Source of the DNA: Minisyncoccota bacterium
Lineage (GTDB): Bacteria > Patescibacteriota > Minisyncoccia > Phycocordibacterales > UBA9973
Direction: 5' to 3'
DNA length: 64,000 nucleotides
Assembly (NCBI GenBank): GCA_041650615.1
Contig: JBAZKU010000001.1
Location: forward strand, 249,216-313,215
Under the pieces are notes generated by a model that was given only the letters and a program-made list of their open reading frames with translations, did no database searches and was not told the origin of the DNA. The position numbers were made by a program, and so were the translations under genes. The stretch's first letter is position 1. Each line of letters starts with the position of its first letter. Positions 8,150 through 18,144 of the stretch are shown piece by piece.

Positions 8150-10081
8150 TTAATATTTCATTCCATGAAAAAGGGCTTTTAAAATAACATCCAATTTCAT
8201 TGTCGCTACGCCTATAACTCTATCTCCTCCGCCGTAGTAAATATAAAGCAATTTATCTTTTACAACCATCCCGCAAGGGAATACCACATTATTAACAATT
8301 CCGCTTTTTTCATATTCTTCCACTGGTTCAAAAATCGGCTCGGTACTGCGCGCCAGCACTATGGCAGGATCTTTTGCGTCAAGCAAAACGCATCCCATAC
8401 GATAAGTATTATGACTTTTAGATACACCATGATAAAGCAATAGCCAGCCATATTTGGTTTTAATCGGCGGGGCGCAAATACCAACCTTAGAACTATCCCA
8501 AGTATTTGTTCTGGGTCCGATAATTCTTATGCATTTTTTTACCATTTCGTGCTTAAAATCCAGGGTTGATAAATAGTCGCCACAAACTTCATTACCTACG
8601 CGATGCAAAATAAAATAGCCCAAAGGAAATTTCTTGGGGAAGAGACAGGTGTCTTTATCATCAATCCCTTGCGGAGTAATGAGAAAAGGTTTTTCCCACT
8701 TCCAATTATGAGCAAGAAAATCTTTTTCCCCAATGGAAGAAATAGCTGCCCTCGGGGGACCAATACTGTCAAAAGCCGTATAACACATATAAATATTTTT
8801 ACCGATTCTAGTTAAACGGGGATCTTCACAACCTGAATTTTGATTATTGATTTTTTTATTTTCAAATTCCTCGCGCGGAACGTAAATAGGCGCAGATAAT
8901 CGTTCAATAATATCAATACCATTTTCCGTCATCGCATATCCCAAAACGGATGTATTATCCTGGGACATAGCGCGATATACTATGTGAATTTTCCCGTTTA
9001 GGGCAATAGAGGCTGGATTAAAAGTTGCTTTTTCTTCCCATTTATTTTCTGTTTTCGGAAGAATAATCGGATTTTGGGGAAAACGTTTGAAACTAAAATC
9101 GCTTTTGTATTTGAAATGTATACTGAAAATAAGGTCGTTTAAATTAACCCGAGCCAAACATACTGTCGTATCGGCTGCGCCGTAATATATGGTAAGCGTA
9201 TCTTTTTCAACCAAAGTTCCGGTTGGAAAAACTATATTTCCGACGTAGCCGGATAATTCGTAAAATTCTTCCGGCACAATAATAGGTCCGCCGGTCCGAC
9301 CTAATATTTTTTGAGAATCTGCTAAGTCAAATAAAACCGCTTCAATACCAAAGATCCTGTCAAGATTATTGGCTGAGGGAAAATAATTTTGAATATGGGA
9401 ATAAAGAAATAGCCAGCCATATTTGGTTTTAATTGGCGGGGCTCCGACTTCTATATGGTCATATGGCGAACGTTTTAAATCAATCATGCAACTATCCACA
9501 TTCTTTTCCCATTTTTCCCAAAATGACGGAGACCATAATTCTTCTATTCTATCCAGTTTGGCAATAACCACTTTAGCCGGAGGAGAATCGGTATGATATG
9601 AAAACATCACCACAATTTTTCCATTTATTCGTTCGGGAAACAGCGTCATGGCTTTGGCATTAAAGGGGGTGACCAAATGGCGCTCATCTATTTTTTTTAA
9701 ATCCTTGGAAAGAGCTACCGCTACTCTGATACCATCGGAGCTGAAAGGGTATTTGGAAAGCGCTGTATAAAAAGTGTAAAAAACACCCTCAAAATACGTT
9801 ATTCTAGGGTCTTCACAACCGAATTTTTCCCATTCTTCTTTGGGAATAATAAACGGCGCACGATCTTTGAAATGCACTCCATCTTTGCTTTTTCCTATGC
9901 CAATAGTTGAAATTTGGCTGGGATTTTGTAATTTATCCACCGCCGAAATAGCGCGATAAACTCCGTAAATATTTTTGCCGTATTTGATTGGGCAAAGATT
10001 AAAACTAGCAAATTTCTCCCAATAATGGTCTCCATCGGGAATTAATATCGGGTTGTACTCGGATTTTTTGACAACAAACAT
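8150..10081 (-). CDS. Tandem double-domain GH130-like glycosidase/phosphorylase
   Basis: Two copies of NP-I/FN, GCEDPR, PPIKTKYGWL and VFP-G...IYYG motifs. Confidence 0.88.
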   Translation of the reverse strand: MFVVKKSEYNPILIPDGDHYWEKFASFNLCPIKYGKNIYGVYRAISAVDKLQNPSQISTIGIGKSKDGVHFKDRAPFIIPKEEWEKFGCEDPRITYFEGVFYTFYTALSKYPFSSDGIRVAVALSKDLKKIDERHLVTPFNAKAMTLFPERINGKIVVMFSYHTDSPPAKVVIAKLDRIEELWSPSFWEKWEKNVDSCMIDLKRSPYDHIEVGAPPIKTKYGWLFLYSHIQNYFPSANNLDRIFGIEAVLFDLADSQKILGRTGGPIIVPEEFYELSGYVGNIVFPTGTLVEKDTLTIYYGAADTTVCLARVNLNDLIFSIHFKYKSDFSFKRFPQNPIILPKTENKWEEKATFNPASIALNGKIHIVYRAMSQDNTSVLGYAMTENGIDIIERLSAPIYVPREEFENKKINNQNSGCEDPRLTRIGKNIYMCYTAFDSIGPPRAAISSIGEKDFLAHNWKWEKPFLITPQGIDDKDTCLFPKKFPLGYFILHRVGNEVCGDYLSTLDFKHEMVKKCIRIIGPRTNTWDSSKVGICAPPIKTKYGWLLLYHGVSKSHNTYRMGCVLLDAKDPAIVLARSTEPIFEPVEEYEKSGIVNNVVFPCGMVVKDKLLYIYYGGGDRVIGVATMKLDVILKALFHGMKY

Positions 10082-10087
10082 AAATTT

Positions 10088-11251
10088 TTATTTGAATTCC
10101 AATGATTTATTTTTCTCTAATTTTACTGCGCCATTTTTCTTCATACTGTTTATTAAATCTGAAAGCATTATAGAGGCAATACCTATATGCTTGTCTCCCC
10201 CGCCATAATAAACAAACAGTTTGCCATTTTTTACAACAGCCCCACTGGCGTATATAATCCCTTTTTTCCAGTCATTTTCATACCATTCATCCGGCTCAAG
10301 AATTGGATTCTGCGCCCGATAAAGAACTTTCTCCGGATTTTTTAGGTCAAGCAGAAGTGCTCCTAATTTATAGCGGCCGGAATCATCTTTATCCATAGCA
10401 TGATAAAGCAATAGCCAGCCATCTTTGGTTTTAATCGGTGGCGCAGCGGCGCTGCGGGTGCGTTTATGCCAAGCCACTACATGGTCCGGCAAAGATTGAG
10501 GATCAGGCGCATCTTTTCCTCTGGGTGTTTCTGATGTATCCAGTTTGTTTACAAAAGCAATAGCCACTCGTGCCGGGTCTCCTTTATCCAGATTATGAAA
10601 AATTGCAAACTTGCCATTTATTTTTTCCGGAAACAAAACCCAATTTTTTTGCCTGTCTCCCTCGTGGGAAAGATAAGAAAAATTTTCCCAAACCCATTTC
10701 TTGTTTAATAAATTTTCTTCCTTAATTGAAGTTACCGCCACTCGCATAGAATCCCATCCATTGAACATATTAAAAGTCATATATACATAACCATCTATCA
10801 AAACTGTACGCGGGTCTTCGCAACCGCCCCAGCCACCCCCGGAAGCATAAAGTACCGTATCATAGCGCGCGGGAGAAGTGTAAGGCCAATGTTTTTTCAT
10901 TTCTTCGGCATTTTCCACGAAATAAACCGGATAAGAAAGTCGTTCATCAAAGTTTATGCCATCTTTGCTGGAAGCATACCCAATGCGAGATATCCCATCC
11001 GCTCCCAATGCTCGGTAAAAAAGATGTATTCGTCCGCTGGAAGAAATAACAGCCGGATTAAAGACAGCATGAGATTCCCAATAATATGGTCGAGGTTCAA
11101 TAATTGGATTGCGAGGAGATCTTACAAGTTTCGGAGTTTTAGTTAGTTTTTTGCCTTTTGGCCGCCCTGTTTTAGAGACAATTTTAGTTTTTCTCTTTTT
11201 AACTATGATTTTTTTCTTTATTTCCTTTGATTTTTTCAATACTTTTTTCAT
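10088..11251 (-). CDS. GH130-like glycosidase with Lys-rich N-terminus
   Basis: AVFNPAV, GCEDPR, KNWVLFPEKING, YYGGGD. Confidence 0.88.
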   Translation of the reverse strand: MKKVLKKSKEIKKKIIVKKRKTKIVSKTGRPKGKKLTKTPKLVRSPRNPIIEPRPYYWESHAVFNPAVISSSGRIHLFYRALGADGISRIGYASSKDGINFDERLSYPVYFVENAEEMKKHWPYTSPARYDTVLYASGGGWGGCEDPRTVLIDGYVYMTFNMFNGWDSMRVAVTSIKEENLLNKKWVWENFSYLSHEGDRQKNWVLFPEKINGKFAIFHNLDKGDPARVAIAFVNKLDTSETPRGKDAPDPQSLPDHVVAWHKRTRSAAAPPIKTKDGWLLLYHAMDKDDSGRYKLGALLLDLKNPEKVLYRAQNPILEPDEWYENDWKKGIIYASGAVVKNGKLFVYYGGGDKHIGIASIMLSDLINSMKKNGAVKLEKNKSLEFK

Positions 11252-11309
11252 AGTTTTCGAACCAATATAGTATAAATATGATTATATCACTAAAAAAATC
11301 AATAGCCAG

Positions 11310-11789
11310 TTATTTTTCCTTAATTTTCTTGGAATATTCCTTTAAAAGCTCGGAGGAACTGCGAATTTTGCCTCCGTGGCCTACATTAAAAACCATTTCA
11401 ATGCCAAGCTTTTTACAAACTTTGTGCTCTGAAAAAGGGATATCCACATCTTCCGGCTTTCTATCCCCGCCATTGGCAAAAATATGAGGCTTGATTTTTA
11501 ATAATTCCCTACTGACACTTATATCCTTTGTATTTTTTTTATGACTTGAAATAACGACTTTGTCCACGCATTCCAATGCTTCTATAATCTCTTTTCTCTC
11601 GTCATGAGACATAAAAACCGGCTTTCCTTTCACTTTAAACCAATTATCATTATTTAAAATTACAATTAACTTATCACCTAACTTTTTTGCCTCTTGGAAC
11701 ATCCGAATATGCCCAATATGCAGCGGATCAAATCCCCCGCTAACCGCTACTATTTTTCTTCCTTTCTTGTTTTTCGTCTTGGAATTCAT
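11310..11789 (-). CDS. Cytidylyltransferase-family nucleotidyltransferase
   Basis: SGGFDPLHIGH (HxGH), ANGGDR, SSS motif. Confidence 0.88.
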   Translation of the reverse strand: MNSKTKNKKGRKIVAVSGGFDPLHIGHIRMFQEAKKLGDKLIVILNNDNWFKVKGKPVFMSHDERKEIIEALECVDKVVISSHKKNTKDISVSRELLKIKPHIFANGGDRKPEDVDIPFSEHKVCKKLGIEMVFNVGHGGKIRSSSELLKEYSKKIKEK

Positions 11790-11838
11790 TGATTCATTAT
11801 ACCAAAAATAATAAATCTGGTATAATTTATTTATGTAT

Positions 11839-11956
11839 CCCGTTAGAGATTAAATAGTTAAAATAAATTTCTCGGGGAAATGGGTATAAAAAATGTGTCG
11901 AAATTATAATGATTAAATTAAGAACGAAAATCTAAAAATTTTCTATCTCTAACGGG
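11839..11956. mobile_element. MITE-like element at EamA start codon
   Basis: CCCGTTAGAGAT...ATCTCTAACGGG flanked by a perfect ATGTAT direct repeat. Confidence 0.8.
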
Positions 11957-12379
11957 ATGTATATAATATATGCATTGTTGGGAGCAATTATGGCAAGCGC
12001 GGGAACGATTTTTGCCAAATTGGGGCTGAAGGGAGTTGATGCGAATTTACTCACCGCCATTCGTGGTATTGTTATGGCTTTGATTGTTTCTATTGCCGCT
12101 TTATCTTTTGGAAAACTTACCATGACATCAATGTCGGCACTTTCCGCCAAGCAATGGATTTTCGTAATTCTTTCCGGACTGGGTGGGGCTTTATCTTGGA
12201 TTTTCTTTTATCAAGCTCTGTCTGTCGGACCGACAGTAGCTGTAACGGTTATTGATAAATTATCTTTGGTATTTACCGCTATTCTTGCTTTCGCAGTTTT
12301 GTCGGAAGGAATTACCCTCCAATCAGGACTAGGACTTGCCCTTGTGGTAGCTGGGACATTGCTTGTCGCTATACGCTAG
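11957..12379 (+). CDS. EamA/DMT family transporter
   Basis: Five TM segments, IFAKLG, SWIFFYQAL, IDKLS. Confidence 0.9.
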   Translation: MYIIYALLGAIMASAGTIFAKLGLKGVDANLLTAIRGIVMALIVSIAALSFGKLTMTSMSALSAKQWIFVILSGLGGALSWIFFYQALSVGPTVAVTVIDKLSLVFTAILAFAVLSEGITLQSGLGLALVVAGTLLVAIR

Positions 12380-12400
12380 AAAAAAAAGGGCTCTTTTTTT

Positions 12401-12850
12401 TTATTTTTCCTTTTTTCCTAAATCTTTCTCTATCTCATCCAAATGGCGTGAGATTTCTTTTACTTCTTCTTTTATTTCTTTTATTGCCCCCGCTTCGGCT
12501 TTGACTTCTTCCTGGGTTTTTTCGGCTAGTCTTTTTTCACCTTTCAATCCGGAGATTATCGCTTCACTACCGATAAAACCAAAAACAAACAAACCGGTTG
12601 ATAAAAGCAAAATACCTCCCACTATAATAGATAAAGGTCCATCCCACCAAGGAAGCGCGCCTAAATTGACAGACCCATTCGTTTGAAAAGAAAAAATAAT
12701 TTCCGAAATCAAATCCGCCGTATGCCAAACACCTCGCCAAAAAGCTACTATCCCTACCCCCCCTATAAAAGCATAAAGGATGGGGTAATGGCTTAGTCTG
12801 CCTCTGATTTTATCTTCAAGTTTATCAAAAAAGTTAATAATGGATTTCAT
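12401..12850 (-). CDS. Hypothetical membrane protein with C-terminal coiled coil
   Basis: Two TM segments, FWRGVWH motif, charged tail. Confidence 0.75.
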   Translation of the reverse strand: MKSIINFFDKLEDKIRGRLSHYPILYAFIGGVGIVAFWRGVWHTADLISEIIFSFQTNGSVNLGALPWWDGPLSIIVGGILLLSTGLFVFGFIGSEAIISGLKGEKRLAEKTQEEVKAEAGAIKEIKEEVKEISRHLDEIEKDLGKKEK

Positions 12851-12884
12851 ACTATGATTGTATCAGAAAAATAATTTTTTAGTA

Positions 12885-13832
12885 CTATTTTATTTCGTTT
12901 GAATAATCAATGCTTTCTAAAATGGTCATATTGTGTTTACTAAGATAATTATTGACCACAAAAATAGCTCCGATAATAGCAAGAGCAATCAATCCATTTG
13001 TTATTAAATCGGGATGTTGGTGTTTGATTTTAATAAAAATATTTAACAATAGGGCAAAAATAATTATTCCAAAAATAACGTAAAGAATCGTGTTTGTAGA
13101 ATTGCGAGGCGAAGCAAAAATTTTCTGCCAAAATGCGACTTTTTGATCTTGGTCGGCAGGAGTATTTATTTCAGCCCCAAGAACATCAGATGACTTTTCC
13201 GCATTTGCAACACCGGGAGTTGTTTCCGCTTCCGTTTCCTTAGACTGAATTCGCTTTGTTGTGTTTTTAATAGGATTTGCGTAGACTTGCGCCACAAATA
13301 CTGTTTCTCTTCCTTTGTAAATGCCGGTAGCCACGCCAGTGCCGATTTCTGTATAATTTCCTTTTACAATATTCGCTTTATGAGTAGGACTTGCCATCCA
13401 GGCCTCTGTAACATCTTTTGAATCGCTGAAATTAATGGCAAGGTTTTCTCCCGCATACTGATATTCATATCCCACTTTTTCCAGCCAATACCAAGGAGTT
13501 TTCCCTTCCGGACTGGTATGGGCAAAATAACTTTTTGCCGCCATATCTTCCGCTTTCATTTCTGCCGCTTCATTTAAAATCGGATTAACTACAAGGGTTT
13601 GAAGGTTTTGCTCCTTACGCTCTTGGTTGGTAAGTTGAGCCAAGACTGCCGGCAACACAGTTGCCATACCTCCTGTTATATTTATGCGAGTAAGAGTCGG
13701 TATTAAAAAAGCTAGTGTCTCCAAAAAGATTACGACAATGACAATGTTGCGAATATTACTGCCGCGCAAGATGTGCGGTCGATGCTCGTTGCCTTCATGA
13801 GGAATAAAATGTTTTTTAAACCAAGAAATCAT
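12885..13832 (-). CDS. CAP (SCP) domain membrane protein
   Basis: TNQER, KAEDM...YFAHTSP, AGENLA, WMASPTHKANI. Confidence 0.92.
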   Translation of the reverse strand: MISWFKKHFIPHEGNEHRPHILRGSNIRNIVIVVIFLETLAFLIPTLTRINITGGMATVLPAVLAQLTNQERKEQNLQTLVVNPILNEAAEMKAEDMAAKSYFAHTSPEGKTPWYWLEKVGYEYQYAGENLAINFSDSKDVTEAWMASPTHKANIVKGNYTEIGTGVATGIYKGRETVFVAQVYANPIKNTTKRIQSKETEAETTPGVANAEKSSDVLGAEINTPADQDQKVAFWQKIFASPRNSTNTILYVIFGIIIFALLLNIFIKIKHQHPDLITNGLIALAIIGAIFVVNNYLSKHNMTILESIDYSNEIK

Positions 13833-13895
13833 TATTTTATATTATATATAATAAAACCCCATTTGTAAAGATGAGGTTTTATTTGTCAGTTTATA

Positions 13896-14687
13896 TTATT
13901 TATTTAAAATTGCGCGAGTGAGCGTTCCCACGATTCCGTCAGCTTCTAATTCATTTGCAATCTGGAATTTGATAGTAGCTGTTTTAGTCAGAGAACCGAA
14001 TTTTCCATCAGCAATTCCGCAATCATAACCGGCCGTCTTTAAGAATTTCTGAAGTTCCATAACTTCATTTCCTTGGGAACCTTCTTTAAGCAACGATGTA
14101 AAGTTAAATTTCTCAGTACCAAGCACTTGTCCGGAAACTACTTTTAAAATATAAGTGACAACGGTTGGATTAAGCGCAGTGTCATGAATCGTGCCTGTTA
14201 GAGTGTATGTTCCAACAGGATAATTGCCAGGGATCCTCATATCGGTACTGATATTGGCTAAATATTTTTGCGCGCCATCCAAAACTTTTATGGCAGTCGT
14301 GCCATTGGTTTCAATATAAGCGAAAGGTTTATTGCCACTGGCAACATCTTTGAAAAAAGATTCATAAGCCGCCGGATAATTTACTGAATAATAATTCTGC
14401 AAAGAAACAGTTTGCCCTGAAGCAGGCAATAATTTCAATTCAACGATTTCAGCCTTAAGATTTTCTGAAGCTGTTGACCCTGAAGAAAACTGAATTGCAT
14501 AATGTGTACTCGCACTACCGCTAGTGTTTAGAATATAAGCGCCACCACTCTGGGTCATCGAAACGCCATTAGCTGTGAAGCCGGAAATATTGAGAGTCGG
14601 AGATGTAGTACTGGTTGCAAAAGCAGATCCCATAGAAACAAAAAAACTGCCAAAAATAAACACTGCGATAATGAAATATTTTTTCAT
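13896..14687 (-). CDS. Secreted protein with C-terminal peptidoglycan-binding domain
   Basis: Signal peptide; LKEGSQGNEVMELQKFL...DGKFGSLT...FQ...ADGIVG. Confidence 0.85.
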   Translation of the reverse strand: MKKYFIIAVFIFGSFFVSMGSAFATSTTSPTLNISGFTANGVSMTQSGGAYILNTSGSASTHYAIQFSSGSTASENLKAEIVELKLLPASGQTVSLQNYYSVNYPAAYESFFKDVASGNKPFAYIETNGTTAIKVLDGAQKYLANISTDMRIPGNYPVGTYTLTGTIHDTALNPTVVTYILKVVSGQVLGTEKFNFTSLLKEGSQGNEVMELQKFLKTAGYDCGIADGKFGSLTKTATIKFQIANELEADGIVGTLTRAILNK

Positions 14688-14741
14688 AATAATAAATTTA
14701 AATTATTTAATACCTCTAGTGTATATTAAATTAAAATTTTG

Positions 14742-16028
14742 TCAAATTAATTTTCTATAAGCGTAAAGACAGATAGAAATTACAAGAGCTATTAGGAAAA
14801 CCGGAATAGGACAATATTCATTTAAGACCAAAAGCACAAGTATAGCCAGAAGAGAAGAACTTCCAAAGAAAAGATAAAATCTATTTTTTATTTCTTCCTC
14901 CCCCACTAAATCTCTCTCGTATTTTTTTCTAAGCCACAATCGCCAAATTAAATAAATTACCAAAAGTACAAGCAAGGCAATCAAAGTGCAAATGGACAAT
15001 ATATCGCCCCAACCTGAAACAATAGCGGTAGCTAAATTATTATCCAAATTCGGAGTTTCTTCCGCAACCGTAGTGCTTTCTCCTAATACAGCTCCCTCAG
15101 AAGAATTTCCCAATCCAGACCCGTTATTATTTTCAGTAGAAGCTCCAAGCACTAAGCCAGCTTGAGCAAGTAAAGGCATTGTGAATTGATGTTCAACACT
15201 TACTGTTGGTGGCGAAGCGCGTGAGACAACACGATATAAATAAGTTACTCCGGGAGTTAAACCAGTCAAAACCATTTCGTGATTCATAACTTTTCCTGGG
15301 TCTTCAATATTAGAAAATGGGTAACCAAAATTTGTAGCATTTAAATCAAGATTATAAGGTCCAGGCATTGGCCCATAAACCACCTGGCTAGTAGCTAATT
15401 TATTTGTATTCCAAGTTATTGTAGCTGACCCAGTTCCTTCTACATTTGTTAAGTTAAGTGCTTGTTCATTAAATACAATAAGTATTATAGTAGATCCCCC
15501 ACCCCGGGAACCATGAGAAGACCCGCTAATTGAAGTAGTTTCATCTGTGGTCGTTTCATCGCCCTCAAAACCAACTTGCAAATTAAAGCTCATTGATTTG
15601 TTTTGATATTCATTTCCAGATTCATTATCAAATGTTGCCACAAAATCAAAGGTGGTACTTTCTCCAGCTGGAACTTGCGATAAAATTACTTCTGATTTAT
15701 TAAAGAAATTAGAAAAAGTATCATTATATAGAATATTCTCACCTTGTTTTATTTTAATGTGTACTACGTCTCCTAAACCATCATCATTTACCACATTTAA
15801 AGCGCGAGTTATGACACTATGTGGAACAGAAGTCTTATTGTTTAATATTACAAAACGACTGACAGAAGCGCCCGGAGCAAAACTTGCTTCACCGAAAAGA
15901 GGCGCTGTTTCAAATTGAACAGTTGGTACTTCAGCATTTGCCTGCCCGCAAAAACTTGCAAATATTGCTGTTATTATTGTGAGATATATTAATTTTTTGA
16001 AAATTTTGTTCATAATATTTTTATTCAC
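14742..16028 (-). CDS. Secreted, C-terminally membrane-anchored protein (TasA-like plus FN3-like domain)
   Basis: Signal peptide; NEYQNKSMSFNLQ strand like the neighbouring TasA-like proteins; ATITWNT...H...LTGLTPGVTYLYRV; three C-terminal TMs. Confidence 0.7.
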   Translation of the reverse strand: MNKNIMNKIFKKLIYLTIITAIFASFCGQANAEVPTVQFETAPLFGEASFAPGASVSRFVILNNKTSVPHSVITRALNVVNDDGLGDVVHIKIKQGENILYNDTFSNFFNKSEVILSQVPAGESTTFDFVATFDNESGNEYQNKSMSFNLQVGFEGDETTTDETTSISGSSHGSRGGGSTIILIVFNEQALNLTNVEGTGSATITWNTNKLATSQVVYGPMPGPYNLDLNATNFGYPFSNIEDPGKVMNHEMVLTGLTPGVTYLYRVVSRASPPTVSVEHQFTMPLLAQAGLVLGASTENNNGSGLGNSSEGAVLGESTTVAEETPNLDNNLATAIVSGWGDILSICTLIALLVLLVIYLIWRLWLRKKYERDLVGEEEIKNRFYLFFGSSSLLAILVLLVLNEYCPIPVFLIALVISICLYAYRKLI

Positions 16029-17493
16029 TTATTACAGGTTCACTTGCCGGAGCTTCTACTGGAGCTTCTACCGAAGGCTGACCAACCTCTGGCCGTGGTT
16101 CTTCTGAAACCACTGCTTCTTCTGCAACTGGTACTGATTCTATTTCTGGAACTATTGTTTCCTCTATAACTGGTTCTTCTTGGCTTGTTTCAGGCGTGGT
16201 AGACTCTTCTGTTACAACTTCTTCAACAACTTCCGTATCTGAAGCCGGAGGTGTTTCCTCAGGCGCTATTGTTTCTGTTGTTTCATTTGTAGCTTCTTCT
16301 TGTTCTGTTTCTGTGCCACTAGCCAAAACTTCTTCCGGTTGTTCCTCTTCTGTAATAGCTTCTTCAATCACAGTTTCCTCTTTTGTGTTTTCTTCTGTAA
16401 CAGTTTCATCTTCAACTACTTCACTTGCTACGGTTTCTTCTGCGATAATAGGTTCTGTCAGTGTAAGTTCTACAATCGGTTCTTCTTCAATAATTTCTTC
16501 CACTAATTCATTTGATACGCCCGGTGTTGGTATTGGGTCAACCCAAGATCCGACTCCATCCGGAATTCTGGCATATGAATATCCCTCCGGTTTTTCTTCC
16601 GTATAAGAATAAGAATCAACAACAATACTGGAAGCTATAGGATAACCGGTCGCCAATCTGACACTATCCGCATCATTATTCAAATTAAAATCAGGATCTC
16701 CGTTTCTATATACAACTAGAAATCCATGAGCTCCGATTACAGTCCCGCCTGTATTAGTATTGGAATTTTGAATATAAAGCTTGTGAGAATCATCATTATC
16801 ATAAATTGCCCAACCGGATAAATCAAAAGCTACACTGCTATTATTATAAAGTTCTACCCATTCACCGCCGGGCATTAAAGCATCATCCAAACCACTTGGA
16901 TTTGAAATAAATTCATTAAGAACTACAGCTTTGCCGATTCTTATTGATCCTAATTTTTCTTTTGTACTGCTAAATCCGCTAGAGGCATCAGGCAAATTAT
17001 CTTGCCAAGTTGTGAAAGTCCATTTAAAGAAACAGGTCTTGCCCCAGACACTGGGCGGGGCATCGGAAGCAATCGTAAAATTAAAATTCCAAGCAGTATC
17101 AACTGTAGCCGTCGCTACCGAAGTGAATCCTTGTATTGGTCCTGTATAAGTATCCGTAGGACTAGTAGCTGTCATTGTTATATAATCACAAGCCGAGGTA
17201 CTGCTTCCTGAAAGAGTGGTTTGGACTGTATACTGAGAATCCAAACTGCCGGTGTTAGAAATATGTATGGAAGTTGAAGTAGTATCAGTCGGATACATCA
17301 GACCGGAAGTAAAGTTACTCATGGAATCTAGACCAATATCTAAAATTCCAGCAGAAAGAGAATTATCGGTTAAGCTGTCGGTATCACTGAAATAAGCATT
17401 CGTTGCGCCAATATTGAGATTGAAAGTAATCAAGCTTAAAATAAGAGCAAGAGCAATAAAAATCTTATTTTTTTGTAATATCAGATTATACAT
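16021..17493 (-). CDS. SipW-class secreted protein with lamin-tail domain and acidic low-complexity tail
   Basis: GATNAYFSD...SAGILD N-terminus; VVLNEF...EWVELYN...DLSGW...TPG (LTD); E/T/P-rich C-terminus. Confidence 0.8.
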   Translation of the reverse strand: MYNLILQKNKIFIALALILSLITFNLNIGATNAYFSDTDSLTDNSLSAGILDIGLDSMSNFTSGLMYPTDTTSTSIHISNTGSLDSQYTVQTTLSGSSTSACDYITMTATSPTDTYTGPIQGFTSVATATVDTAWNFNFTIASDAPPSVWGKTCFFKWTFTTWQDNLPDASSGFSSTKEKLGSIRIGKAVVLNEFISNPSGLDDALMPGGEWVELYNNSSVAFDLSGWAIYDNDDSHKLYIQNSNTNTGGTVIGAHGFLVVYRNGDPDFNLNNDADSVRLATGYPIASSIVVDSYSYTEEKPEGYSYARIPDGVGSWVDPIPTPGVSNELVEEIIEEEPIVELTLTEPIIAEETVASEVVEDETVTEENTKEETVIEEAITEEEQPEEVLASGTETEQEEATNETTETIAPEETPPASDTEVVEEVVTEESTTPETSQEEPVIEETIVPEIESVPVAEEAVVSEEPRPEVGQPSVEAPVEAPASEPVISE

Positions 17494-18073
17494 TTTCTTC
17501 TATTTTATTTTCTTCTTTAGGTTTCTCGCCCTGAGCCTGTCGAAGGGTCTTCATTCTTTTCGCTTCAACAATAATTTTTTTTACTTCATCAAATATAATT
17601 ATAGCTGACGGAATGACAATTAACACGACAAAGCCCGCGGGTTTTTTAGCAACATCTACGGCATAACCGACATAAGGTATTTTTAAATACATTTTACCGA
17701 TTATATCTTTTCCTAAAATCTCGCGCGTGTCGTTGGAATTATTAGCATCTCCTTTGGTAATGTAAACTATAGCTCCGTTTTGCACCCGCGTTTCCACAAT
17801 ACGGTGCGTGACTGGCGGTTTGATTTTACTATAAGGTCCGAAGGTTACGATGTCGTCAATTTTATATTGCTCCGATGGTTTAACTATAATCATGCTGCCT
17901 GTTTTGATAGTCGGTTCCATTGAACCGGATAAAACGACATATGATTTAAAACCTCCCGGAATCGGCAAAATGGAAATAAGAAAAAACACAATCACCAGGA
18001 GAATTAAAATTCCCAGAACGCGATAAGCTATATTTCCTATTTTGTTTAAATTTGTTTTCATTTTATTATTCAA
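17486..18073 (-). CDS. sipW: Signal peptidase I, SipW (S26B) type
   Basis: VLSGSMEP, VTHRIV (Ser-His dyad), TKGDAN, C-terminal TM. Confidence 0.9.
   Translation of the reverse strand: MNNKMKTNLNKIGNIAYRVLGILILLVIVFFLISILPIPGGFKSYVVLSGSMEPTIKTGSMIIVKPSEQYKIDDIVTFGPYSKIKPPVTHRIVETRVQNGAIVYITKGDANNSNDTREILGKDIIGKMYLKIPYVGYAVDVAKKPAGFVVLIVIPSAIIIFDEVKKIIVEAKRMKTLRQAQGEKPKEENKIEENV
17529..17547. repeat. Short imperfect palindrome in the sipW 3' end (TLRQAQGE)
   Basis: CCCTTCGACAGGCTCAGGG on the coding strand, a GC-rich island in a K/E-rich tail. Confidence 0.55.
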
Positions 18074-18144
18074 CCCTTATTCGCCCAGCCCTTTTGAAAA
18101 AGAGCTGGACTGAAAGGATTGAAACTAAAGCTTGGATGTTTTAA

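Noticed and set aside
16069-16096. CGGCCAGAGGTTGGTCAGCCTTCGG as another in-frame palindrome
   Set aside because: Pairing is weak and there is no second copy in the window; unsupported
16040-16510. E/T/P-rich repeats as a tandem DNA repeat
   Set aside because: Low-complexity protein stalk without exact nucleotide periodicity
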